NCBI GenBank assembly: GCA_964607655.1
Contig: CAZSKX010000001.1
Coordinates: forward strand, 6,314-70,313
Reading direction: 5' to 3'
Source of the DNA: an uncultured Candidatus Saccharibacteria bacterium
GTDB taxonomy: Bacteria > Patescibacteriota > Minisyncoccia > Phycocordibacterales > Phycocordibacteraceae
Length of the DNA: 64,000 nt
A program made the translations under genes and the position numbers. Below, in pieces: positions 18,578 through 28,421 of the stretch. The notes under the pieces were generated by a model. It searched no databases. It worked only from the letters and a program-made list of their open reading frames with translations, and was not told where the DNA came from. The number at the start of each line of letters is the position of its first letter. The first letter of the stretch is position 1.

Positions 18578-18599
18578 GCCGGGATAGCTCAGTTGGTGG
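18578..18599 (+). pseudogene. Truncated tRNA fragment: a 22-nt copy of the 5' acceptor/D-arm of the downstream tRNA-Thr
   Basis: GCCGGGATAGCTCAGTTGGTGG is near-identical to the first 22 nt of the tRNA at 18653. No T-arm or 3' acceptor follows. Confidence 0.5.
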
Positions 18600-18652
18600 A
18601 GGACCTCCGGTCGGTTTTGTTATTGACCTGATTACGCTAGAGTAGAGAATAC

Positions 18653-18728
18653 GCCGGGATAGCTCAGTTGGTAGAGCAGCTGTTTTGTAAACAGCAGGTC
18701 GTCGGTTCAAGCCCGACTCCCGGCTCCA
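18653..18728 (+). tRNA. tRNA-Thr (anticodon TGT), CCA encoded
   Basis: GCCGGGA acceptor stem, GCTC..GAGC D-stem, anticodon stem GCTGT/ACAGC with loop TTTGTAA, T-arm GTCGG-TTCAAGC-CCGAC, then TCCCGGC-T-CCA. Confidence 0.85.
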
Positions 18729-18730
18729 AA

Positions 18731-19423
18731 TTATCTCTTTGTGGGAGTAGAAGTTGAAAGGGCGCCCTTGGGGAAGCGCGCCATAAACTCTTTCAGGTCA
18801 GTGAATCCGTGAGAATATTTCCCATTGATCACGAAGGCGGGCAGCTCGTCGGCTTTCACCTTATCTACGGCCACGAGGGTGCGAAGCGCGCCAAGATCGA
18901 GATGGTAGTCAAAGGAGTAGACGCTGAGGTGTGGGTACGTGTCGCGTAGATACGAGAGCGCATAGCCGGCCTTGTCGCAGTCGGGGCACTCACCCTCATT
19001 GCTGTAGAAGTAGAGGACCGTTACCGGCTTTGTGCCACAGACGGCTGCGAGGCGCTTGGTGGCGAGGTAGTGACGAATCTCAAGGAGAGAATACTGCTTT
19101 TTAAGAAGAATGACTTGCTCATTGGTGCTGCCGAGCTGCTCCTCGGTATAGGCGAGACGGGCGCCGAGGTCGCCGAGTTCGGTGATAAACCCGCCGGTTG
19201 AAGTGGCATTATCGCAGGGTGCATTTTCGAGAAGCGAGAACTGTGTCTCGAGAGAGAGCGCGTCGATGGTGAGCTGGTCCTCGAGGCTCTTAAGCTCAGC
19301 GAGGCGCGCGTTGTTTAGGTAGTTCACCGCGTAGGCGATCGTCGCCGTAAGGAGGACCGTGATGCCGAGTGCGATAAGGGCGTTACGAAGGGGTGTAGAC
19401 ATACAGGGATTATTTCCAGCCAC
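18731..19423 (-). CDS. Membrane-anchored thioredoxin-fold protein (DsbA-like, CPDC motif)
   Basis: N-terminal TM helix and a C-x-x-C (CPDC) motif inside FYSNEGECPDCDKAGY. Overlaps the upstream GT2 gene by 14 nt. Confidence 0.5.
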   Translation of the reverse strand: MAGNNPCMSTPLRNALIALGITVLLTATIAYAVNYLNNARLAELKSLEDQLTIDALSLETQFSLLENAPCDNATSTGGFITELGDLGARLAYTEEQLGSTNEQVILLKKQYSLLEIRHYLATKRLAAVCGTKPVTVLYFYSNEGECPDCDKAGYALSYLRDTYPHLSVYSFDYHLDLGALRTLVAVDKVKADELPAFVINGKYSHGFTDLKEFMARFPKGALSTSTPTKR

Positions 19424-20648
19424 GCTCGATACCGAACACTACGTCAGCCGCCGAACGCATTAGCCAGAGCGGGGCGACAAGGCCGTAGAGGAGGTACGAG
19501 GCGAGGCCGACGCGAAGGTTCATCGGTGTCTTTGAGATACGACGACCGTAGGCGATAAGGCCAAAGGACGCGACCAGAGTGGTCACGCCGAGTAGCGTAA
19601 GGATATTGGTTGGGAAGTAGAACCAGTCGAGCACTGGGTAGCTAGGAGTGAAGGTGTAGGAGAGCGGGATACCAAGACGGACCTCGATCGCTTGGGACGA
19701 TTGGAGGATAAACTGTCCGATAGAGAGGAGAAATAGCCCTGCGGTGCTGACGACGGCGAGGAGCGCGACCGGGAGGATAAGCATTCCTAATGCTCCGTGC
19801 TTGCGGTTAAACACCAGGCTGCGATACTCGCCAAACATGTGGCGCAAGAAGCCGCTAGTCCACCGAGTACGCTGCTTGATAAGCGTGGGGATTGTACGCG
19901 GAGCCTTGGTGTAGACGCGGGCACGTGGGGCGTTCTCGATCTCATAGCCAGCCTTCTGGATGCGAAGCGCCATCTCCATGTCTTCGGTCTGGTGCCCATA
20001 GCGGAACCCGCCAAGCTCCGTAAGCACGCTTTTACGATAGAAGGAAAACGGTCCAGGAGTCACATACAGCGCGTTGATCGAGCTCATCGCGTGACGCATC
20101 GTGATGCCGAAGCTGTATTCAGCATTTTGCATGTGTTCGACGATGTTGCGCGGATTATGGATCGACATCGCCGCAGTGACTGCTGCCACACTTGGTTTAT
20201 CAAAACAAGGGATGATCTCATGCAGCGCTTCAGGGTCAACAAACGAGTCGGCGTCGAGGCAGCCGACAAACTCAGCATCACGCGCGGCGGCGATGCCCGC
20301 GTTCACGGCGTTGTGCTTACCTGGCGTCGCTTCATGGAGCACCTTCACCTGAGGGTGATCCTTGTACCGCGCCATGACCTCGGGGGTGTTGTCGGTCGAG
20401 CCGTTGTCTACAAGGACGATCTGGAGCTTGTCAGCAGGGTAGTCGAGCTTTAGAAGCGACTCCGTGGTCGTGGCGACCGTCTCGCCTTCGTTACGACAGG
20501 GGACAACAACCGCGACCTTGGGGGTCTTGCCGTTCTTCGCGCGGGCACGGGCATCCCTCGCGGGCTTCGAGAGGAGTGTCACGAGGACAAACGACTCGAA
20601 GAAGATCGCGAGGAAGATAAAAGGATAGGCCAGGACCTCTGGACTCAT
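19410..20648 (-). CDS. Family 2 glycosyltransferase, processive beta-glycan synthase type (CesA/NodC/HAS-like), multi-TM C-terminus
   Basis: VVVPCRNEGE, DNGSTD, DADSF and QRTRW (QxxRW) motifs. 412 aa. Confidence 0.75.
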   Translation of the reverse strand: MSPEVLAYPFIFLAIFFESFVLVTLLSKPARDARARAKNGKTPKVAVVVPCRNEGETVATTTESLLKLDYPADKLQIVLVDNGSTDNTPEVMARYKDHPQVKVLHEATPGKHNAVNAGIAAARDAEFVGCLDADSFVDPEALHEIIPCFDKPSVAAVTAAMSIHNPRNIVEHMQNAEYSFGITMRHAMSSINALYVTPGPFSFYRKSVLTELGGFRYGHQTEDMEMALRIQKAGYEIENAPRARVYTKAPRTIPTLIKQRTRWTSGFLRHMFGEYRSLVFNRKHGALGMLILPVALLAVVSTAGLFLLSIGQFILQSSQAIEVRLGIPLSYTFTPSYPVLDWFYFPTNILTLLGVTTLVASFGLIAYGRRISKTPMNLRVGLASYLLYGLVAPLWLMRSAADVVFGIERGWK

Positions 20649-20682
20649 GGCGTAAACTATAGCATTTTGCTATGATTTTTCC

Positions 20683-21441
20683 ATGTCTCTAGACGCGAGC
20701 TCTAAGTCAGTACAAAAAGGTCGTCTCCACCCGATGACGATCGCGATCCGCGAGATCGCCGAGATCTTCGGTCGTATGGGCTTCAGCGTCGCCCAAGGGC
20801 CCGAGCTCGAAGACGATTTTCATAACTTCACGGGTCTGAACATTCCCCCAAATCATCCAGCACGCGGGATGCAGGACACCTTTTGGATCAAGGATAAGGT
20901 GGGAGAGCAAGTTCTGCGAACGCACTGCACGGCCACCTCGATCCGGGCACTTGAGAAGTTGGCAAAGGAAGGTGGGACGAGCGCGCGTGTGATCAGTCCG
21001 GGTAAGGCCTTTCGCAATGAAGCTACTGACATGACGCATGAGGCGCAGTTCTACCAGATCGACGGCTTCGCGATCGGCGCTCCGGGCGAAGTGACGCTCG
21101 CACACCTGAAGGGCACGCTATTAAAGTTCTTTCGCGAATACTTCGGCCCTGACGCGCAGGTGCGTCTTCGTCCGAGCTTCTTCGGTTTCACTGAGCCGTC
21201 AGTGGAGGTGGACGTATGGTTTACCCCGCCTGGTAAGGAGGGTCGCTGGCTCGAGGTGATGGGGGCGGGCATGTTCCATCCAAACGTGATCAAGGCCGCG
21301 GGGCTCGATCCAGAGAAGGTGCAGGGCTTCGCCTTTGGTGGGGGGATCGAGCGTCTTTTGATGATTAAGTACGGGGTGCCCGACGTGCGCCTCTTCCACT
21401 CGGGAGACGTGCGCTTTGTCTACGCCTTTGACGACAAATAG
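20683..21441 (+). CDS. pheS: Phenylalanine--tRNA ligase alpha subunit (short form without the N-terminal extension)
   Basis: FHNFTGLNIPPNHPARGMQDTFWI and class II motifs. 252 aa. Confidence 0.85.
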   Translation: MSLDASSKSVQKGRLHPMTIAIREIAEIFGRMGFSVAQGPELEDDFHNFTGLNIPPNHPARGMQDTFWIKDKVGEQVLRTHCTATSIRALEKLAKEGGTSARVISPGKAFRNEATDMTHEAQFYQIDGFAIGAPGEVTLAHLKGTLLKFFREYFGPDAQVRLRPSFFGFTEPSVEVDVWFTPPGKEGRWLEVMGAGMFHPNVIKAAGLDPEKVQGFAFGGGIERLLMIKYGVPDVRLFHSGDVRFVYAFDDK

Positions 21442-21442
21442 T

Positions 21443-22612
21443 ATGAAAGTCGCACACTCAAAGCTCCAGGAATATTTCGCAGCGCCCTTGCCGTCACTCG
21501 AGGCGGTGGCCGACGCGTTTACTTTTCATACCTGGGAGATCGATGGGATCGAAGGGGAAGTGCTCGATATTAAAGTCCTACCCAATCGCGCGAGCGACGC
21601 GAAGACCGAGCTCGGTATTGCGCGTCAGCTATCCGCGATCCTAAATCAGCCGCTTAAGAGCGAGTATGAAAAGGTAGAGCTAGGCACAATACAAGTGCGC
21701 ACCTCGCTCGCGCAGATTAATGGCACCTTGGGCCTCGACTTGAGCGCTGAGGAAGTCGAAGGCGTCTTCCGTCGGCTTCGTTTCGGCGTTGAGAAAGAGG
21801 GAGAGGCGTACGTGATTTCTGCGCCCGCTGACCGTACCGACCTCACCATCCCCGTCGATATCGCAGAAGAAGTCGGGCAGATCATCGGCTATGATCGTGT
21901 GCCTGAGGTCGAGCTGCCTCCGGCCGCAACACCGGGCGACCAAGCGCGCTATCGCGGTATCGAGCGGATGAAAGATCAGCTCGTCGACGCCGGATTCTCT
22001 GAAGTATCAACGCAGTCGTTCGCTACGCACGGCGATATCGAGCTCGCTAACCCTCTCGATAAGACAAAACCATTTTTACGCACCGCCCTCGAGGAGAATC
22101 TCCAGGAGTCGCTCACGAAGGCGAAGCAGTATGCGCCACTCCTCTATGCGCCAGGGGAGAAGCCAAAACTTTTTGAAGTGGGAAGTGTCTTCCCGAAATC
22201 GGGTGAGTATCTCGAGCTGCGCATGACCGAGGCGGCATGGGAGGGGGTGCCGACTTTTGATAACCTTACCGTCGCCAAGCTCGAGGACTACGGCAAGGAC
22301 TACGAGCCGGTAAAGCACACACTCGGACAGTACAAGCCATTTTCTGTGTATCCATTCATTACTCGCGACATCGCGCTCTGGGCGCCCGCGGGCACCGAGG
22401 CGAGCACGATCGAGGGCCTCATCCGCGAGAACGCCGGCGAGCTTCTCGTGCGCCTCGACCAGTTTGATCGATTTGAAAAAGAGGGGAGAATCTCCTACGC
22501 CTTCCGCATGGTCTATCAAGCCTCTGACCGCACTCTTACTGATGACGAGATTAATCCCGTAATGCAAGGAATCTCCACCGCACTCACTACGCACAGTTAC
22601 GAGATCCGCTAA
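21443..22612 (+). CDS. pheT: Phenylalanine--tRNA ligase beta subunit, strongly reduced (~389 aa)
   Basis: B5-domain-like DLTIPVDIAEEVGQIIGYDRVP and a C-terminal FDX-ACB-like FDRFEKEGRISYAFRMVYQA. The ATG 2 nt after the pheS stop was chosen as start. Confidence 0.65.
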   Translation: MKVAHSKLQEYFAAPLPSLEAVADAFTFHTWEIDGIEGEVLDIKVLPNRASDAKTELGIARQLSAILNQPLKSEYEKVELGTIQVRTSLAQINGTLGLDLSAEEVEGVFRRLRFGVEKEGEAYVISAPADRTDLTIPVDIAEEVGQIIGYDRVPEVELPPAATPGDQARYRGIERMKDQLVDAGFSEVSTQSFATHGDIELANPLDKTKPFLRTALEENLQESLTKAKQYAPLLYAPGEKPKLFEVGSVFPKSGEYLELRMTEAAWEGVPTFDNLTVAKLEDYGKDYEPVKHTLGQYKPFSVYPFITRDIALWAPAGTEASTIEGLIRENAGELLVRLDQFDRFEKEGRISYAFRMVYQASDRTLTDDEINPVMQGISTALTTHSYEIR

Positions 22613-22718
22613 GTTGTTTTTCGGTAAGATTAGGATATAGTGCGCTCGGCACTGCCGGGCAGGGGAGTGACTATAAACCATAGCCGATTCCTTGAATGGA
22701 TAGGTGATTGGAGGTTGC

Positions 22719-23234
22719 ATGGGAAGAGTAGAGTTCTTTTCACCAGGAAGTTTGGCGGCGTACGCACGTCGTCGACTCATTGTGCGCGCTCACGTGCGCA
22801 GTGCAGACGTGGGCGACGCGAAGATCCTGGTCGCGTGTTGTAAAGGCGACGAGATGGAGATCGTCGTGTGGGAGGAAAACAAGCACGTCAACGTTCAGAG
22901 ATTCACCCCGGCTGCAGCTGGCGGGGAGGCATGCCTGAGGATTCTCGGCAGCTTCTGTCACTTGGGCTCTTCGAAATGTCGCGAAATGCTGCACTGGCAT
23001 GTCGAGAGTTCAGGCGTGAGGCACGTCTCAGATCCCTTGCCGCGAGAGATTTCCATGTCGGCGCTGTATCTTTTGCCGGTATACGGCCAGATCAAGGAGC
23101 AGCTTCGGATCATGCGCCAGTGTTCCTCACAAGGAGACGACAGCTGCTTGAGCTTGCTCCAAATGCGTCTCGACGCCTTCATCCGCAGCAGAGTAAGCGG
23201 TCCGATCGAGTTCCTTTCTGATCTTGCGGGTTAG
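22719..23234 (+). CDS. Hypothetical Cys-rich protein
   Basis: GGAGG SD 6 nt upstream of the ATG and an intrinsic terminator immediately downstream. Codon usage is atypical and there are overlapping shadow ORFs. Confidence 0.35.
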   Translation: MGRVEFFSPGSLAAYARRRLIVRAHVRSADVGDAKILVACCKGDEMEIVVWEENKHVNVQRFTPAAAGGEACLRILGSFCHLGSSKCREMLHWHVESSGVRHVSDPLPREISMSALYLLPVYGQIKEQLRIMRQCSSQGDDSCLSLLQMRLDAFIRSRVSGPIEFLSDLAG

Positions 23235-23241
23235 TAATAAA

Positions 23242-23270
23242 GCTCGGTGGCTGCCCCCACCGAGCTTTTT
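23242..23270 (+). terminator. Rho-independent terminator (plus strand)
   Basis: GCTCGGTGG-CTGCCC-CCACCGAGC followed by TTTTT. Confidence 0.7.
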
Positions 23271-23303
23271 CTATATAAAAAGAAAAGGAGCTGGTCAGGC
23301 TCC
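23271..23303 (-). terminator. Rho-independent terminator for purC (minus strand)
   Basis: Minus strand reads GGAGCCTGACCAGCTCC followed by TTTTCTTTTT. Confidence 0.6.
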
Positions 23304-23370
23304 TTTCGCACCTCACAGGATGCTCGGATTCTTTATTGCAGCACGCTGGCTGGACCAGCTGAGGTGATCC

Positions 23371-24270
23371 CTACGCTCGAGCTTCATTCTCGAGACGAGA
23401 GCGCACCTTTTCCTTCAGCAGGGGGAACTGGCTCGTGAGATGGGCCGCGAGCTCGTAGAGCTTCTTCACGCTTGTGGGGTCGTCGCCGTCACGATAGCGC
23501 TGTTTGTCGACGTAGTTCTCGGACCGATCGATGAGACGGCCCGAATCGTTGTCGATCACATCAGCGAGTACGATTTTCCCCCGCGGGTTGATTCCGAACT
23601 CCACCTTGTAGTCGACGTATCGATACCCGAGGATATCGAACGCCACTTCGAGCACGTGGAACGCCTTCGTGGCCTGTGCGGCCATCAGCTCGAAGAAACG
23701 ATCCTCGAACGGGTAGGTGAACACGTGCTCGTCGAGCATCACGTGGAAGGGCTTCTGTCCCTCGATCGGCTTGTGAGGGTCGAAGAGCCTGATCACGCCG
23801 TGTGCAGCGTCGCGAATCATGAGCGGATCATCACACGCGAGCTCAACGTCTGGCTGTATCGGCCACCGTCGACCAGAGGTCTTGAGGTCAAATTCGACCA
23901 CGAGTTCATCGAACCGGTGGCCCTTCGTGAGGTCCGGGCGACGCTGCAGGAACGAGCCGTGTGCCTCGCGCCGGACGATCACCTCGTAGGGGAGCATACG
24001 ACATTTCGATGCGATGAAGGTATTGGGCCCTTCGCGCGCGACGAAGGCGAGCGATACCCACTCCCTGAGCAGCTCGAAGATGTCGCAGGTCATCTGGGTG
24101 ACCAGCGCACCCTTCCCCTCGATGATGTCATGTCGAGCGCCGTCTCCAGCGGTGATGTCGTCCTTGGAGAAGATCTTTACGAGACCAGGCAGTCCGTAGC
24201 GGTCGTGGTGATCGAAGATCTTCTTGGTCTTGCCTTCAGCGATTAAGGCGGGTTTCTGAGTAGTTTCCAT
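23371..24270 (-). CDS. purC: Phosphoribosylaminoimidazole-succinocarboxamide synthase (SAICAR synthetase)
   Basis: ALIAEGKTKKIF...LVKIFSKDDITAGDGARHD N-terminus typical of PurC. 299 aa. Confidence 0.8.
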   Translation of the reverse strand: METTQKPALIAEGKTKKIFDHHDRYGLPGLVKIFSKDDITAGDGARHDIIEGKGALVTQMTCDIFELLREWVSLAFVAREGPNTFIASKCRMLPYEVIVRREAHGSFLQRRPDLTKGHRFDELVVEFDLKTSGRRWPIQPDVELACDDPLMIRDAAHGVIRLFDPHKPIEGQKPFHVMLDEHVFTYPFEDRFFELMAAQATKAFHVLEVAFDILGYRYVDYKVEFGINPRGKIVLADVIDNDSGRLIDRSENYVDKQRYRDGDDPTSVKKLYELAAHLTSQFPLLKEKVRSRLENEARA

Positions 24271-24297
24271 CAGGCACGAAGCCTCCTTCTGAAATAG

Positions 24298-26457
<2,160 letters not shown>

Positions 26458-26480
26458 AGAGATCTTCATACAAAAACAGA

Positions 26481-26514
26481 ATGGCCGCGGATCCGAGAAC
26501 GGATCCGCGGCCAT
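26481..26514. terminator. Perfect 14-bp-stem palindromic hairpin between convergent genes
   Basis: ATGGCCGCGGATCC-GAGAAC-GGATCCGCGGCCAT. Confidence 0.55.
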
Positions 26515-26521
26515 TTGACAT

Positions 26522-26722
26522 TCAGGTTCGCCAGACAGACGGGCATGCGGGCGGGAAGGTGCCGTCTTCGTTTGGTATCGGCACTGTGTAGCAGATGTTC
26601 CTTGTCGCCAGGCGACGCGCCAGGCTGTCCTTGACTCCCTCGAAGGCGAGGGCGCCCGCGCACCATTGTCCTGTTGGTGGGACGAGATAGGGCGGGGTGT
26701 GGGCTGAATCGTCTTTTTCCAT
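26522..26722 (-). CDS. Hypothetical small Cys-containing protein (65 aa)
   Basis: AGGAG SD 7 nt upstream of the MEKDD ATG. Lies between two hairpins. Confidence 0.3.
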   Translation of the reverse strand: MEKDDSAHTPPYLVPPTGQWCAGALAFEGVKDSLARRLATRNICYTVPIPNEDGTFPPACPSVWRT

Positions 26723-26789
26723 CGTCAATCTCCTTATGGGGTACTGCCTGCCCGAGATCATTGCATGTAAGTCTGCAACAGGCAAACAG

Positions 26790-26820
26790 AAACCGCCCGG
26801 GCTTTTAGCCCGGGCGGTTT
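26790..26820 (-). terminator. Terminator for the CARDB-protein gene (minus strand)
   Basis: AAACCGCCCGGGC-TTTTA-GCCCGGGCGGTTT. The minus strand continues TTCTGTTTG. Confidence 0.6.
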
Positions 26821-26830
26821 CTGGAAGGCA

Positions 26831-27571
26831 TTACTTGATGTCTAGGCTAAGCGTCAGGGTATTGTTGTCGAAGTTGACTTCAGAGACATTGCGTCCCTTG
26901 TTCACGATTACCGTGAATATTTTGTTGCTGCCGTTGTCTGCGCGATCGAAACCGAGAGTGAAGTCGACGCTGTCACCGGGTTTAAGCGAGCGCTGGCTGT
27001 CAGAAGTGTAGTTGCCGCCGTTGGTCGTAGGAAGGGTAGCGTTGAAATTCCATGTTCCGGTCCACATTGTGCCGACATTTTTTACGCTAAATTTTACCGC
27101 AGGGCGCTTACCGTCCGGTACCGTCGGGCTTACGATGAAGGAGTCTGTCGAGTTGCTGTTGAGGTAGCCGATAGCCATCGCAGACACCGCTAGATCCGGA
27201 TATCCGTAATAGGTAGGTGTTGTGGTAGCCCAGACGCGGTAGGTCGGCGCTGGTGCAGGGCGCTTTGGTGTTGTGGTTGCCGCAGGCTTGGCGACCGTGG
27301 TTGTGGCGGTGGTCGTCGCAGCCTCTGTCCCGAAGTCGATCGTAGCAGGTGTCGGCGGGGTGGTCGTAGCGATAGCCGGACCTTCGGCAGGTGAGAAGAT
27401 AGAGCCGACATAGACGGCGGCAGTGCCGAGCTTGCCCACGACATTAGGTACGTAGCGGCTTGAGTACACAGCGCCCCAGACGCCTATGGCGAGTAGGGCA
27501 ATAAAACCGACAATAGCAAGGCTATTAATGGCCGTTTGGCGGGTAGTTGGGGTAGGGTGTTGTGGCTCCAT
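26831..27571 (-). CDS. Membrane-anchored surface protein with a Thr/Pro-rich stalk and a C-terminal CARDB/Ig-like domain
   Basis: N-terminal TM helix, TTTPPTPAT...TTTATTTVAKPAATTTP linker, and VKFSVKNVGTMWTGTWNFNATLP...SLKPGDSVDFTLGF. Confidence 0.55.
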   Translation of the reverse strand: MEPQHPTPTTRQTAINSLAIVGFIALLAIGVWGAVYSSRYVPNVVGKLGTAAVYVGSIFSPAEGPAIATTTPPTPATIDFGTEAATTTATTTVAKPAATTTPKRPAPAPTYRVWATTTPTYYGYPDLAVSAMAIGYLNSNSTDSFIVSPTVPDGKRPAVKFSVKNVGTMWTGTWNFNATLPTTNGGNYTSDSQRSLKPGDSVDFTLGFDRADNGSNKIFTVIVNKGRNVSEVNFDNNTLTLSLDIK

Positions 27572-27633
27572 ATGACTCTATATACATACCACGGCTCGAT
27601 TTCATTGTCAAGTCCAGGGGGCTTGACAGAAAG

Positions 27634-27662
27634 AAAAGTTTGGTGTATTGATATAGAGGAGC
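27634..27662 (+). promoter_or_regulatory. Putative sigma70-like promoter for the sortase gene, adjacent to a 7-bp inverted repeat
   Basis: TTGACA-17 nt-TATTGA, then GAGGAG SD and ATG at 27665. The upstream inverted repeat is TGTCAAG...CTTGACA. Confidence 0.35.
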
Positions 27663-27664
27663 AT

Positions 27665-28366
27665 ATGGGGACATTAGTCGAATTCACCGCAGAGATGGTG
27701 CGGGCAGTGCGCCGCGCCTACGAAAAGAAGGGGACCTTCTTGGTGTTTTTTGCGTTGGTTTTCTGGGCTATGATCGTGTTTCTCGGCTGGCTTGACCTCT
27801 TGCCAAACGGGGTAGCGCTTACGAGCCCGAAGAGCTGGCTCGCCCTTTCGGCGGAGGATCTCAAGAAGTCGAGCGCGAGCGCTCTGGTAGCTACCACGAC
27901 GCTTGCGCCCGAGGTCGTCCAAGACCCGATCCGGATCGAGGCGAGTACGATCGGACTTAATGCCTTTATAACCAATGCAACGACGACGAATGTCGAGGCC
28001 CTTGATCGCCTTCTTCTGCAGGGAGCGGTACGCTACCCAACGTCGGCCAAGCTTGGCGAAGAAGGGAACCTGGTTCTCTTCGGCCACTCAAGCTACCTGC
28101 CGGTGGTGGGTAACCAAGCCTATAAGGCCTTTAACGATATCCAGAAGCTTAAGACGGGGGATACCGTCACGCTGTACTCATCAGGTAGGGAGTATACCTA
28201 TGCTGTGCGCAGCGTGACTCGGGAAAATGCTGAGAATAACAGTGCGATCGCGCTTGGTGTGTCGGGACGAGTGCTGACCCTTGTCACCTGTAATTCTTTT
28301 GGCAAAAAGAGTGACCGGTTCGTGGTCACCGCTGAGCTTGTTGAAAGTCACTCGATTGGAGCGTAA
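27665..28366 (+). CDS. Sortase (transpeptidase)
   Basis: N-terminal TM anchor, His motif LFGHSSY, catalytic TLVTC and a downstream conserved Arg (RFVVTAELVE). Confidence 0.85.
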   Translation: MGTLVEFTAEMVRAVRRAYEKKGTFLVFFALVFWAMIVFLGWLDLLPNGVALTSPKSWLALSAEDLKKSSASALVATTTLAPEVVQDPIRIEASTIGLNAFITNATTTNVEALDRLLLQGAVRYPTSAKLGEEGNLVLFGHSSYLPVVGNQAYKAFNDIQKLKTGDTVTLYSSGREYTYAVRSVTRENAENNSAIALGVSGRVLTLVTCNSFGKKSDRFVVTAELVESHSIGA

Positions 28367-28421
28367 GCTCTTGTCGAATGACTCTCCGCAAGGGGGGTGG
28401 GGAATTATTTAAACCAAACTT

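Noticed and set aside
18578-18728. An intron-containing or unusually long tRNA spanning both tRNA-like segments.
   Set aside because: The downstream tRNA-Thr folds completely on its own, and the upstream segment has no T-arm or 3' acceptor partner. It is interpreted as a truncated duplicate.
22076-22780. 234-aa ORF on the minus strand overlapping pheT.
   Set aside because: It lies entirely antisense to a well-supported conserved gene, with no SD and no homology features. Shadow ORF typical of high-GC DNA.
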